Assembly: GCA_044344255.1 (NCBI GenBank)
Contig: JBIJDH010000003.1
Location: forward strand, 32,001 to 96,000
Reading direction: 5' to 3'
DNA: 64,000 nt
Source: Myxococcota bacterium
GTDB taxonomy: Bacteria; Myxococcota_A; UBA796; UBA2385
Shown: positions 53,699-63,000 of the stretch, one piece after another
Position numbering within the stretch: position 1 is the first letter of the stretch
How the letters are laid out: the number at the start of each line of letters is the position of its first letter
Notes under the pieces: generated by a model
Databases searched by the model: none
The model's input: the letters and a program-made list of their open reading frames with translations, nothing else
What the model was told of the DNA's origin: nothing
Translations under genes and position numbers: made by a program

Positions 53699-55984
53699 TC
53701 ACCTCGCCGCCCGGGCGACCTGCCGCTCCCAGGCGTCCAGGACCTGTGCCACCAGCATCTTCGCCGGGGTCTCTCCGTCCAGCTCCAGCGCCAAGAGGTC
53801 GGGTGCCAGCAGCCGCCCCCGTGCGCGGTCCTGCTCGTCGCGTGCGCCCAGTTGGGCAGGCGTCACTCCGCGTCGTCTGGCGCGCAGTCCGAGTGGGGCG
53901 TCCAGCCACACCCGCAGCCCTGCCGCGATGCTGCGGCCGAGGCCCCGGCCGACCAGGACCGCCGCGGTCCGCTGTGCGACGCCCAGCTCGGCCTGGATGG
54001 TGGCGTCGACATCGGGGTGCCCACAGCGGTCGGAGAGCGGGGAGCCTGGCATGTCCATTTGGGTGCGCGTGGCCAGCTCCCGGGCTCGTGCACCGGTGTC
54101 CAGAAAGGTCCAGCCCAGGACATCGGCGACAGCGCGGCCGAGGGTGGACTTCCCCGCGCCCGCCGTCCCGTCGATGGTGATAATAGGTAGGGTTGGCCCC
54201 GGCTTCTCGGCCACGACGAGCCAGAAGCGGGGCACTCCACAGTCGGCCGCTTCGGTGGGTTCGACGACTTTTCGCAGGACCAGACCTGCGAGATCGATGG
54301 CGGTGACCCAGTCCCCGAAGCTTCGGTGCAGGACCGTCACGGGCTCGGGCCGGCCAAACCAACGATATGCGCGGGGGCCCGTCCGGTCGTAGTCGCGCAC
54401 CCTCGCTGCGCCGTCCTCCGTCCACCGCGCGCCCGGCGGCGTGGCCGTGCGCAGCGGGTGCTCGGTCGATAGGACAAGGCGCCCGCCGGGTCTCAGCGCG
54501 CCTGCGGCGTTTCGCAGCGCCCCTCCGAGGTCTTCGACGTGGTCGAGTGAGCAGGGGGCGACAGCGGTGTCGAAGGGACCGGGCAGCGAGGCGGTGTCCA
54601 GCGATCCTTCAATCAGCTGGAATCCGGGCAAGGAGCGGCGCCGTGCGGCGGCCGCCATGGGCTGGCTAGCCTCCACGCCCACCACCTCGGCCCCGTGGGG
54701 TACCAGCAGAGCGGCAAAGCGCCCATCTCCGCAGCCCAGGTCGACGACCCGGTGTCCCTTGAGCCCCTCCGGGCCGGGCAGCGCCCGCAGCATGACCGCG
54801 TTGAGGACCCGGTGGTCGCGCAGCGCGCCCGACTGGGAGGCTGCGAGGTAGCGCGCGGCCCAGCCTGGCTCGGTGTAGGCCAGCGCCGGGGCCGACGGTT
54901 GGGTGGACTCCGCCGCGGGGCTGTCCAGCAGGCCGAGGGTGCGCAGCAGGTCGGCCACGGCACCGGCGGGGTCGTCCAGCGTTCCATGCCAGTCCGGCCG
55001 TGCCGCCGGATCACGGGGAGCCCGGCCCACCTCGAGCGGCACGATGCTCAAGCCAACTGCACGGTCAGCCGGCGGTGGGGACACCTCGCCGATGCGTACA
55101 AGCGTGGCGCCGCTCTCGCCGGGGCTCACGAGGCGGACTCGGCCGCGCGACCATCCCAGCAGTCGCTCCCGCAGCATCGTATATCCGGAATGCCCGGCGC
55201 CATCGGTGAGCAGGCCGACGGGGACCGGGGCGCCCCCTGTGAGCTCCAACGCAGGGTCTGGCCCGGTGACCAGACCCAAACGCGATTGGACGCTCCCTGG
55301 CAGCACCTGGAGGGCCACCCACCAGGCTGCCGCGGGCCAGGCCGCCTCTGCGACGCCGATGACGGGCACACAACAGGTGCGCTGTAGCGTGGTCGCGTCC
55401 GCGCCGCGAAGGAGCACCGCGTCGGGGACCATGTGCAGCGCCGAGAGGCCGGCCTGCGCTGGCTTCGTGGAGCTCCGCCCGCCGGGCAGCGACACGCCGC
55501 ATGTGACGTGCAGGTGGGCGGCCGGGGGTCCGAAGGCCAGCAGCATCGCGCCCAGGACGAGGCGGTGCTCCGGCTCTCCCGCCGTGCCGCCGACCTCGAC
55601 CACGCGGCGCGGCGCCTCTGGCCAGGAAAAGGCGCTGGCGAGGGTGGGCAGAAGGCGAGGCGAGGCGTCGATGCCGTCCAGTCCTGCCAGTCCCCGGCGG
55701 AGCAACCCAGCGAGGCTGGTGTCTGCTTCGGGTGCAGGCCGGAAGCCGGGAACGAGAAAGGCCGCCCGTCCCACGTCGGCGTCAAATGCCAGACCATCGT
55801 CGGTTTCGATCACATCTCCAAAGTGGGCGTTGGAGAATCCTTTGAGATCGCCCTGAAGGCAGGGCTCCACCTTGCGGTAGTCCACTGGACCCGCGCTTCG
55901 CGCCCACCAGCGGGCGAGGACGGCCGCGCAGCTCCCCTTGCCGATGTCAGCGGCCACGCCGCCCGTGACGAGGACCCAGCCCAT
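53699..55984 (-). CDS. Fusion of a divergent CTP-synthase N-terminal (amidoligase) domain, a class I SAM methyltransferase and a cytidylate kinase-like domain
   Basis: PyrG-like: VTGGVAADIGKG, KVEP, GDV..TDDG..FDADVG, VEVGGT.G and TKP.Q. MTase: VVDLGCGDG, FD, L.PGGRLV.S.EHP. Cmk-like: ITIDGTAGAGKST..LGW.FLDTG and VLVGR. The start overlaps the upstream stop (TGATG). Confidence 0.85.
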   Translation of the reverse strand: MGWVLVTGGVAADIGKGSCAAVLARWWARSAGPVDYRKVEPCLQGDLKGFSNAHFGDVIETDDGLAFDADVGRAAFLVPGFRPAPEADTSLAGLLRRGLAGLDGIDASPRLLPTLASAFSWPEAPRRVVEVGGTAGEPEHRLVLGAMLLAFGPPAAHLHVTCGVSLPGGRSSTKPAQAGLSALHMVPDAVLLRGADATTLQRTCCVPVIGVAEAAWPAAAWWVALQVLPGSVQSRLGLVTGPDPALELTGGAPVPVGLLTDGAGHSGYTMLRERLLGWSRGRVRLVSPGESGATLVRIGEVSPPPADRAVGLSIVPLEVGRAPRDPAARPDWHGTLDDPAGAVADLLRTLGLLDSPAAESTQPSAPALAYTEPGWAARYLAASQSGALRDHRVLNAVMLRALPGPEGLKGHRVVDLGCGDGRFAALLVPHGAEVVGVEASQPMAAAARRRSLPGFQLIEGSLDTASLPGPFDTAVAPCSLDHVEDLGGALRNAAGALRPGGRLVLSTEHPLRTATPPGARWTEDGAARVRDYDRTGPRAYRWFGRPEPVTVLHRSFGDWVTAIDLAGLVLRKVVEPTEAADCGVPRFWLVVAEKPGPTLPIITIDGTAGAGKSTLGRAVADVLGWTFLDTGARARELATRTQMDMPGSPLSDRCGHPDVDATIQAELGVAQRTAAVLVGRGLGRSIAAGLRVWLDAPLGLRARRRGVTPAQLGARDEQDRARGRLLAPDLLALELDGETPAKMLVAQVLDAWERQVARAAR

Positions 55985-56790
55985 CAGGCCGCCGCCTTCG
56001 CCGAAGCGCCAGCGTGGGGGGAGCGTCGTAGCCAGTCGGCCTCGGGTGTCACCCGCGCCGTCCGGAGGTCCAGGCCCGCCTGCCGCCCCAGTGTTGCGAG
56101 GAGGCGCGCGGACAGGGCGAGGGTGGCGAGGGGGTCGACGGGGCAGGGGAACGTAATGATCTGGACGGTCGGCGCATGTTCGGCGATCCAACCGGCGACA
56201 GCCTGGGGGAGGGAGTCGCCCAAGTAGAGCACCGTGCCGCCTCGCCGAGCCAGTCGTGCGTGCCACCCGTGGCCAAGCTCGGATGTCGCAGTGGCGCTGA
56301 GGTCCAGCTCGGGTACCTTCGCTCTCACGCTGCCGGATAGGCTCTGCAGGGCCTCGCTTCCGGCGTCCGTGACCATCAAGAGCTCGTGTCGGTCCAGTGG
56401 AGGCAGGACCAGCTCCTCGGGCCGCCATGGGGTGAGCTCCAGCTCCTCTCGAAGGCGCAGCGCGGCGGCCTCGACCCAATCCAGCGGCACCCAGGCGTGG
56501 GGGTCCACCCCGGCGGGCACCTCCAAGCGTGGCGCCCACGGGTTGCCCCGCGCTCCGGCCTCACAGAGCAGCAGATCGGGCTGGAGCCCCATCGGCATCG
56601 CGGCGCTGCGGCTGACGTGAACGTGCACCATCCGCCCATGCGGCGCGTCGGGGAGCGCCGCCGTTGCGGGACGGCCGAGCTGCATGAAGGTCGCTGCCGC
56701 TGCTCGGGCGATCGCGAGGGAGGCGCCGATGCCGGTCCAGAGCATGGGCGCGTGGTCGAGGTGGGCCGAGATGTCGGGGGGCCGGATCAT
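55984..56790 (-). CDS. Compact double-SIS (GlmS-C/FrlB/PGI-PMI-like) sugar-phosphate-binding protein
   Basis: GIGAS, VSRS, AKVPE and SELGHG correspond to SIS/GlmS motifs (GxGxS, SxSG, KxxE, ExxHG). GGAG RBS upstream. Confidence 0.65.
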   Translation of the reverse strand: MIRPPDISAHLDHAPMLWTGIGASLAIARAAAATFMQLGRPATAALPDAPHGRMVHVHVSRSAAMPMGLQPDLLLCEAGARGNPWAPRLEVPAGVDPHAWVPLDWVEAAALRLREELELTPWRPEELVLPPLDRHELLMVTDAGSEALQSLSGSVRAKVPELDLSATATSELGHGWHARLARRGGTVLYLGDSLPQAVAGWIAEHAPTVQIITFPCPVDPLATLALSARLLATLGRQAGLDLRTARVTPEADWLRRSPHAGASAKAAA

Positions 56791-56921
56791 GATTGCTCCA
56801 TTTAGGGTCTTGGAGAGGGACGCGCCGGCGAAGCGGAGGCGGACAGAGCTCGGCCGTGTTCAAGAGCGCAGTCGGCGCCCCCCCGGGTGAACAAACGCCC
56901 GCCCGAGGCCACCGCGGGGAG

Positions 56922-59816
56922 GTGAAGCTCCGCCGCCCCCCCGCGCTCTCTCCTTCGTGCACCTCGCCCCCGCTCCGCGCCAGGCTCGCCCGCGCCCTGG
57001 TGTCGCTGGCGCTGGTCGCCGCGGCCCGGGGCGCGCCCGCCGGGGCCCGGCCTGCCGACGCCGCGCTCGGCGGCCCGGTTGACCTCATCCTCGGGCCCGG
57101 CGCCTGGTGGGCGGAGGGCACCGAGCTCACGGACGGGCTGTGCTCGGCCCGCTTCCGTGAGGGGATGCTCATCCCGGTCGTGGCCCGCGGCGCCCCCGAC
57201 CGGCGCCTCGGCCTCGCCTTCGTGGGGGAGGGTGACCTCCGGCTCGAGCTCCCCGCGCGCGCCGACGCCTGGGCCTTCGCCAACCTCGCCGTGCTGCGCT
57301 TGGGCGCCGATCGCGCCGCCATGGCCCCGATCGCACACCAGGAGCGCCCCTTCACCGACACCTTCAGCCGCGCGCTGCTGCTCAGCGCCGATCCCGCGCT
57401 CTCCATCGTCACCGCCGGGCTCGATCCTGTGGGGGGCGGGGTGGTGGGCGGACAGCCAGGGTCCGACGTCGACGCCGAGCTGGTGGTCACGAGCGACCGC
57501 GGGGAGGGCACGCGCCGCCTGCTCGCCGAGGCCCTCCTCACCGAGCGCACGCGGCGCCTCCAGCAGGTGGGGCTCGACCCCCGAGAGCTGCTCCGCCTCG
57601 ACCGGGTGCTCGCCGACGGCCTCGGCGCGCCCGGCGCCTCGCTCCGCCTCCTCGCCGACTACCGCACCGAGGCACGCTTCCCCACCGGCCGAGGCGAGGC
57701 CGGGCCGGACCCGGGCGAACCCTGGCTGACCTGCCTCCGGGACGGCACCGATCACGGCGACACGGGGCTGCGCGCGGTGGCGTTCGCCGCAGGCACCGAT
57801 GGGGAGCGGGTGCCGCACTACCGGACCCTCGCCGGCCTGCCCTTCCCCGAGGTGGGCGGTGAGCCCGGGCCGAGCCCGAGCTTCGTCGACCCGCGGGTCG
57901 AGCTGGAGGTGGAGGTGAAGCCGACCCGCTCCCGCCTGGAGCTGGAGGTCCACAGCCGCGCCCGCGTCACGCTCACCGCCGCCGAGCCCGGCGTGGCGCG
58001 CCTGCTGCTCCGGCTGCCGAGGGAGGAGGCGGTGGCCGGGAGCTGGGCGCTCGAGCGCGCCGCCCTCGACGGCGGAGCTGGGTTGAGCTGGGCCGAGGCG
58101 CCGATCCTCGAGCCGCTCCCCCTCGAGGCGGGTTCGCGGGTGGCGCAGGGCCTGCCCCCAGAGCGGAGCGAGGCCGGGGGGACGCTCGGCCTGGCCTACG
58201 AGGGCAAGGGCAGCGACAGCCCGATGAAGGGGCCGACCTCCACGGCCTCCGCGGCCCCCACCCCGGGCGTGCAGGGCGGCGCCGGCTGGTTCGTGCGACC
58301 GCAGATCCCCCGCACCTTCGGGGAGCGTGTCGCCACCCCCCACGATGCGCCCCTGGCCGTGCTCCTCGCGCTGCCCCGGCCGCTCGACCGCGGGGAGACC
58401 CTCACCCTGAGGCTCGCCTGGCGGGCACGCTGGACCTACGCCGCCTGGGGGAGCATCCGCAGCCCCGAGGACGGGGACCGGCCGATCTCGCTCGGCGCCT
58501 CGACGGGGGCCCGGAGCCTGCTGCCGGAGCTGGTCCCGGCGCGGGGAGGCACCCCTTGGACCGGGACGGTGACGGTCGGCCTGCCGCCGCGGGACCTCGA
58601 CCTCGCGGTCTCGGGCACCACCGCCGCCGAGCGGGTGGACGAGGGCGGCTGGCGCTGGACCACCTCGACCCTCGACCACGCCCGCCGGCCGGCCCTCGCG
58701 GTCGGGCGCTGGGTGGACCGGGCCGAGGCCGCCCTCCCCGACGCCGGCCTGCCTGCGGTGCGGGCCCACACCTTCAGCGGAGGGCCCGCCACCCTCTCGG
58801 AGCTGGGCCCCGAGGTGCGGCGGGTGCTCATCTTCCTCGGCCGCTTCCTCCCCACCGCGGGCCTCGGCGAGTTCGACGTCTTCGAAGATCCCCAGACCTT
58901 CACCACCGACGTCGACCGCGGCGCCGACGCCCGCGCGAGCGGCCTCGGCGCCATCTCGCGCACCGCGGTGGTCGACACCGTCGACGCCGACCGGGCCGCG
59001 CGCCAGGACCGCGCCGCCCCCCAGACCGCCCTGGCGCGCCAGGTGGCGGCCTCCGTCTGGGGCCAGCGGGTGGGGCCGGCCAACCGGCGCGAGGCCTGGC
59101 TCACCCGCGGCCTCGCCGACCTCTACGGGGCGCTCTACCTCCGCGCCGCGCAGGGTGAGGCAGGCTTTCTTGCCTTCGAAGCGCGCCTCGATCGCGCCCG
59201 CGCCGCCATCGAGCGCCCGCCGGACGGCAACCGCCTCGACGGGCGGCCCGCGGTCCCCCGCCTCTCGCTCACCGACCCCGGCTCCCTCCGCGTCGAGGAC
59301 CCCGGGCTGCTCGACCAGGCCGCCTTCTTCTTCCTCGGCCGGGTGCTCCGGGAGCATGTGGGTGACGACGCCTACTTCGCCGGCCTCGACCGCCTCGCCC
59401 GCGACACGGCGGGCGGGCGAGTGACCACCGACCAGCTCCGCGTGGCCCTCGAGGCCAGCTCGGGCCTCCCCCTCGCCGACCTCTTCGACACCTGGGTCTA
59501 TGGGGGCCTCGTGCCCGGCCTCCGCCTCGACTACGCGCAGGCCCCGGACGGCGGGCTCGAGGGCTGCCTCGAGAGCGACGTGCCCTTCGGCGTCCTCGAG
59601 GTGCCCGTCGTCGTCCGCCGAGCGAGCGGGGAGCGGGTGGCCGCCGCCCGCGTGCGGGTCGTGGATGGACAGGGGGCCTTCACCGTGCCGGCCGACCCGC
59701 GCTGGGCCGCCGAGCGGCTGGAGGTGGCGCTCGACCCCCTGAGCCAGCTCCCGGCCCGCGCGCGGGACGTGCAGCGAAAGGAGCGGGTCGCCTGCGGGGC
59801 GTCCACAGCGCCCTGA
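56922..59816 (+). CDS. Large exported M1-aminopeptidase-fold protein with a degenerate zinc motif (start uncertain)
   Basis: The C-terminal segment LARQVAASVWGQRV....EAWLTRGLA.LY aligns to the M1 HELAHQW.G..V....WL.EG.A region, followed by VG.D..F and F..WV. Confidence 0.65.
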   Translation: MKLRRPPALSPSCTSPPLRARLARALVSLALVAAARGAPAGARPADAALGGPVDLILGPGAWWAEGTELTDGLCSARFREGMLIPVVARGAPDRRLGLAFVGEGDLRLELPARADAWAFANLAVLRLGADRAAMAPIAHQERPFTDTFSRALLLSADPALSIVTAGLDPVGGGVVGGQPGSDVDAELVVTSDRGEGTRRLLAEALLTERTRRLQQVGLDPRELLRLDRVLADGLGAPGASLRLLADYRTEARFPTGRGEAGPDPGEPWLTCLRDGTDHGDTGLRAVAFAAGTDGERVPHYRTLAGLPFPEVGGEPGPSPSFVDPRVELEVEVKPTRSRLELEVHSRARVTLTAAEPGVARLLLRLPREEAVAGSWALERAALDGGAGLSWAEAPILEPLPLEAGSRVAQGLPPERSEAGGTLGLAYEGKGSDSPMKGPTSTASAAPTPGVQGGAGWFVRPQIPRTFGERVATPHDAPLAVLLALPRPLDRGETLTLRLAWRARWTYAAWGSIRSPEDGDRPISLGASTGARSLLPELVPARGGTPWTGTVTVGLPPRDLDLAVSGTTAAERVDEGGWRWTTSTLDHARRPALAVGRWVDRAEAALPDAGLPAVRAHTFSGGPATLSELGPEVRRVLIFLGRFLPTAGLGEFDVFEDPQTFTTDVDRGADARASGLGAISRTAVVDTVDADRAARQDRAAPQTALARQVAASVWGQRVGPANRREAWLTRGLADLYGALYLRAAQGEAGFLAFEARLDRARAAIERPPDGNRLDGRPAVPRLSLTDPGSLRVEDPGLLDQAAFFFLGRVLREHVGDDAYFAGLDRLARDTAGGRVTTDQLRVALEASSGLPLADLFDTWVYGGLVPGLRLDYAQAPDGGLEGCLESDVPFGVLEVPVVVRRASGERVAAARVRVVDGQGAFTVPADPRWAAERLEVALDPLSQLPARARDVQRKERVACGASTAP

Positions 59817-60034
59817 GCCTCCTGCTGAGCACGGTGAGCCCTCTGCTGGGCGCGGTCCGTCCGCCGCGGGCATCCGCCACGGGCCGAGGGTGGAGACGGG
59901 CGCCTTTGGGTGTACCTGGAAGCGTGTGTCCCGCTCGCGAGAGGTCTTATTGTAGGTGCATGATGGTGTCCGAGTCGGCCGCACCGGCGCCGCCCGGCAC
60001 ACCTCTCCGACACCGCTCCGAATTCGAGGAACCG

Positions 60035-63000
60035 ATGCACCGAGCCCCCCCGCTTCGCCCCTTGGTGCTGCTCGCCACCTCTCTCCTCGCCTGCGGTCCC
60101 GAGGATGGGGGCACCCCGATCGACAGCGCGCCCTCGGAAGAGCCGACGGCGCCGCTCGCGGGGGCCGCTACACCGGACGGCGCCTCAGACGGCTGGCTCG
60201 CCACGGTTCAGGAGCGCATCGCCGCCGAAGGTCGGGCCTTCCACCTGCGCGAGGGCGCATTCATGGCGGACCTGCCGACCGCGGGCCTGAGCGCGCGGCT
60301 GGACGCGGAGGGGGTCGAGGTCTCGGGTGAGGGGGGCGAGGTGCTGCGCCTCCGCAGCTCGGCCTGGGGGCGTGGCGGGGACCTCCTCTCGATCGGGGCG
60401 CGCGCGCCGGCGCTGGGGGACTGCACCGCCGCCCTGGACGCCTCTGGCACCTGCGTCCGTCGGGTCGAGCTGGAGGAGGCCGGGCTCACCGAGTGGTGGG
60501 TGGGCCTCGGAACGGGGCTGGAGCAGGGCTGGGTGGTCGAGGCCCCGCCCGCGGGTGAGGGGGCCCTGGTGGTGGTGGTAGACGTCGAGGGGGCCACAAG
60601 CATCGACGCCGACGGCGAAGAGGCCACGCTCTTCGACGGCGAAGGGCGCATGTGGATCGTCGGCGGCGTCTCGGCCTGGGACACGGAGGGCGAACCGCTG
60701 CCCACGCGGCTCCTGGCCACGGACGCGGGGCTGCGCGTGGAGGTCGACGACACAGGGGCGGTCTACCCGGTGGAGATCGATCCGGTCTACACCACCGCGG
60801 CCACGACGCTGACCGGGGAGGCGACAGGCAATTGGTTCGGCTGGTCGGTGTCGGGCGCGGGGGACGTGAACAACGACGGCTACGACGACGTGATCGTGGG
60901 GGCGTGCAATTATTCCTCCGGCACTGGTCGCGCCTATGTGTACACGGGGTCGGCCAGCGGGGTGTCGACCACCGCGGCGACGACGCTGACCGGGGAGGCG
61001 ACGGGCATCCGATTCGGCTGGTCGGTGTCGGACGCGGGGGACGTGAACAACGACGGCTACGACGACGTGATCGTGGGGGCGTTCAAGTATTCCTACTCCA
61101 CCGGTCGCGCCTATGTGTACACGGGGTCGGCGAGCGGGGTGTCGACCACCGCGGCGACGACGCTGACCGGGGAGGCGACGGGCAACCAATTCGGCTTGTC
61201 GGTGTCGGGCGCGGGGGACGTGAACAACGACGGCTACGACGACGTGATCGTGGGGGCGCTCAGGTATTCCTCCAACATCGGCCGCACCTATGTGTACGCG
61301 GGGTCGGCCAGTGGGGTATCGACCACCGCGGTGACGACGCTGACCGGGGGAGGGTCGGGCTACTACTTCGGCTTGTCGGTGTCGGGCGCGGGGGACGTGA
61401 ACGGGGATGGCTACGACGACGTGATCGTCGGGGCGTACGGGTATTCCTCGGACACGGGCCGGGCCTATGTCTACGCGGGGTCGGCGAGCGGGGTGTCCTC
61501 GACCGCGGCAACGACGCTGACCGGGGAGGCGACGGGCAACCAATTCGGCTGGTCGGTGTCGGACGCGGGGGACGTGAACAACGACGGCTACGACGACGTG
61601 ATCGTGGGGGCAACAGGGTATTCCTCGGGGACGGGCCGCGCCTATGAGTATGCGGGGTCGGCGAGCGGAGTGTCGACCACTGCCGCGACGACGCTGACCG
61701 GGGAGGCGACGTACAGCGAATTCGGCAACTCGGTGTCGGGCGCGGGGGACGTTAACAACGACGGCTACGACGACGTGATCGTGGGGGCAAGAGGGTTTTC
61801 CTCCACCGGCCGCGCCTATTTGTATGCGGGGTCGGCGAGCGGGGTGTCGACCAGCGCGGCGACGACGCTGACCGGGGAAGCGTCGTCCTACTATGGCCAT
61901 TCCGTGTCGGACGCGGGGGACGTGAACAACGACGGCTACGACGACGTGGTCGTGGGAGCGTCCTATTATTCCTACACCACCGGCCGCGCCTATGTGTACC
62001 TGGGCTACAGTGACGACGCTGACGGAGACGGATACGCAGTGGCCCTGGACTGCGACGACACGGACGCGGCGATCAACCCCGGCGCCACCGAGGTCTGTGA
62101 CGCATCAGACAATGACGAAGACTGCGACGGGCACACCGACGACGCCGACAGCTCGGCCAGCGCCGCCACGAAGACCAGCTACTACCTGGACAGCGACAGC
62201 GACGGATACGGCGGCTCCACCACCGGCACCTATTGCGACCTCCCCACCGGCTACACCGCGACATTTGCCGACTGCGATGACAGCGTCGCCGCCGTCAACC
62301 CCGGCGCCACCGAGGTCTGTGACGCCGCCAACACCGACGAGGACTGCGACGGCCTCAAGGATGACGCCGACAGCTCGGCCAGCGCCGCCACGAAGAGCAG
62401 CTACTACCTGGACAGCGATGGCGACGGCTTCGGTGGCTCCACCACTGGTGCTTATTGCGACCTCCCCACAGGCTACACCGCGACCTCCACAGACTGCGAT
62501 GACAGCGTCGCCACCGTAAACCCGGGCGCCACGGAGGTCTGCGACGCCGCCGACACCGACGAGGACTGCGACGGCCTCGCCGATGACGCCGACAGCTCCG
62601 CCGCCGCCGCCACGATGACCACCTGGTATCGGGACGCCGACTCCGACGGCTACGCAGGCACGGCGACGACCAGCACCTGCGACATGCCCACCGGCTATCT
62701 GTCCACGAGCACCGACTGCGACGACACCCAGGTTGCGGTGAACCCCGGGGCCACCGAGATCTGCGACGCCGCCAACACCGACGAGGACTGCGACGGCCTC
62801 TCTGATGACGCCGACAGCTCCGCCTCCGCCGCGACGAAGACCGGCTATTATCTGGACGGCGACGGCGATGGGTACGGCAGCACCACGAGCGCTGCCTGGT
62901 GCGATCTGCCCCCGGGGTACGCGACGGGCAGCACGGACTGTGACGACTTCGCGACCGGAGTCAACCCCGGCGCCACGGAGGTCTGCGACGCCGCCAACAC

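Noticed and set aside
53520..53700. Possible att site, IS end or tRNA at the cassette boundary
   Set aside because: No matching direct or inverted repeat was found at the other boundary (~56800), and no cloverleaf or recombinase gene was seen.
53699..56539. The 946-aa version of the fusion ORF, and calling it the housekeeping pyrG or cmk
   Set aside because: The first 185 codons overlap the SIS gene and look like shadow sequence; the real start is the ATG at 55984. The domains are too divergent, and the glutaminase motifs are missing, so it is not canonical PyrG.
60809..62002. Regular repeats with variable inserts resembling a CRISPR array or DGR template/variable repeats
   Set aside because: The repeats are in-frame 177-bp coding units rather than short repeats with unique spacers. 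No cas or reverse-transcriptase gene was seen in the window.
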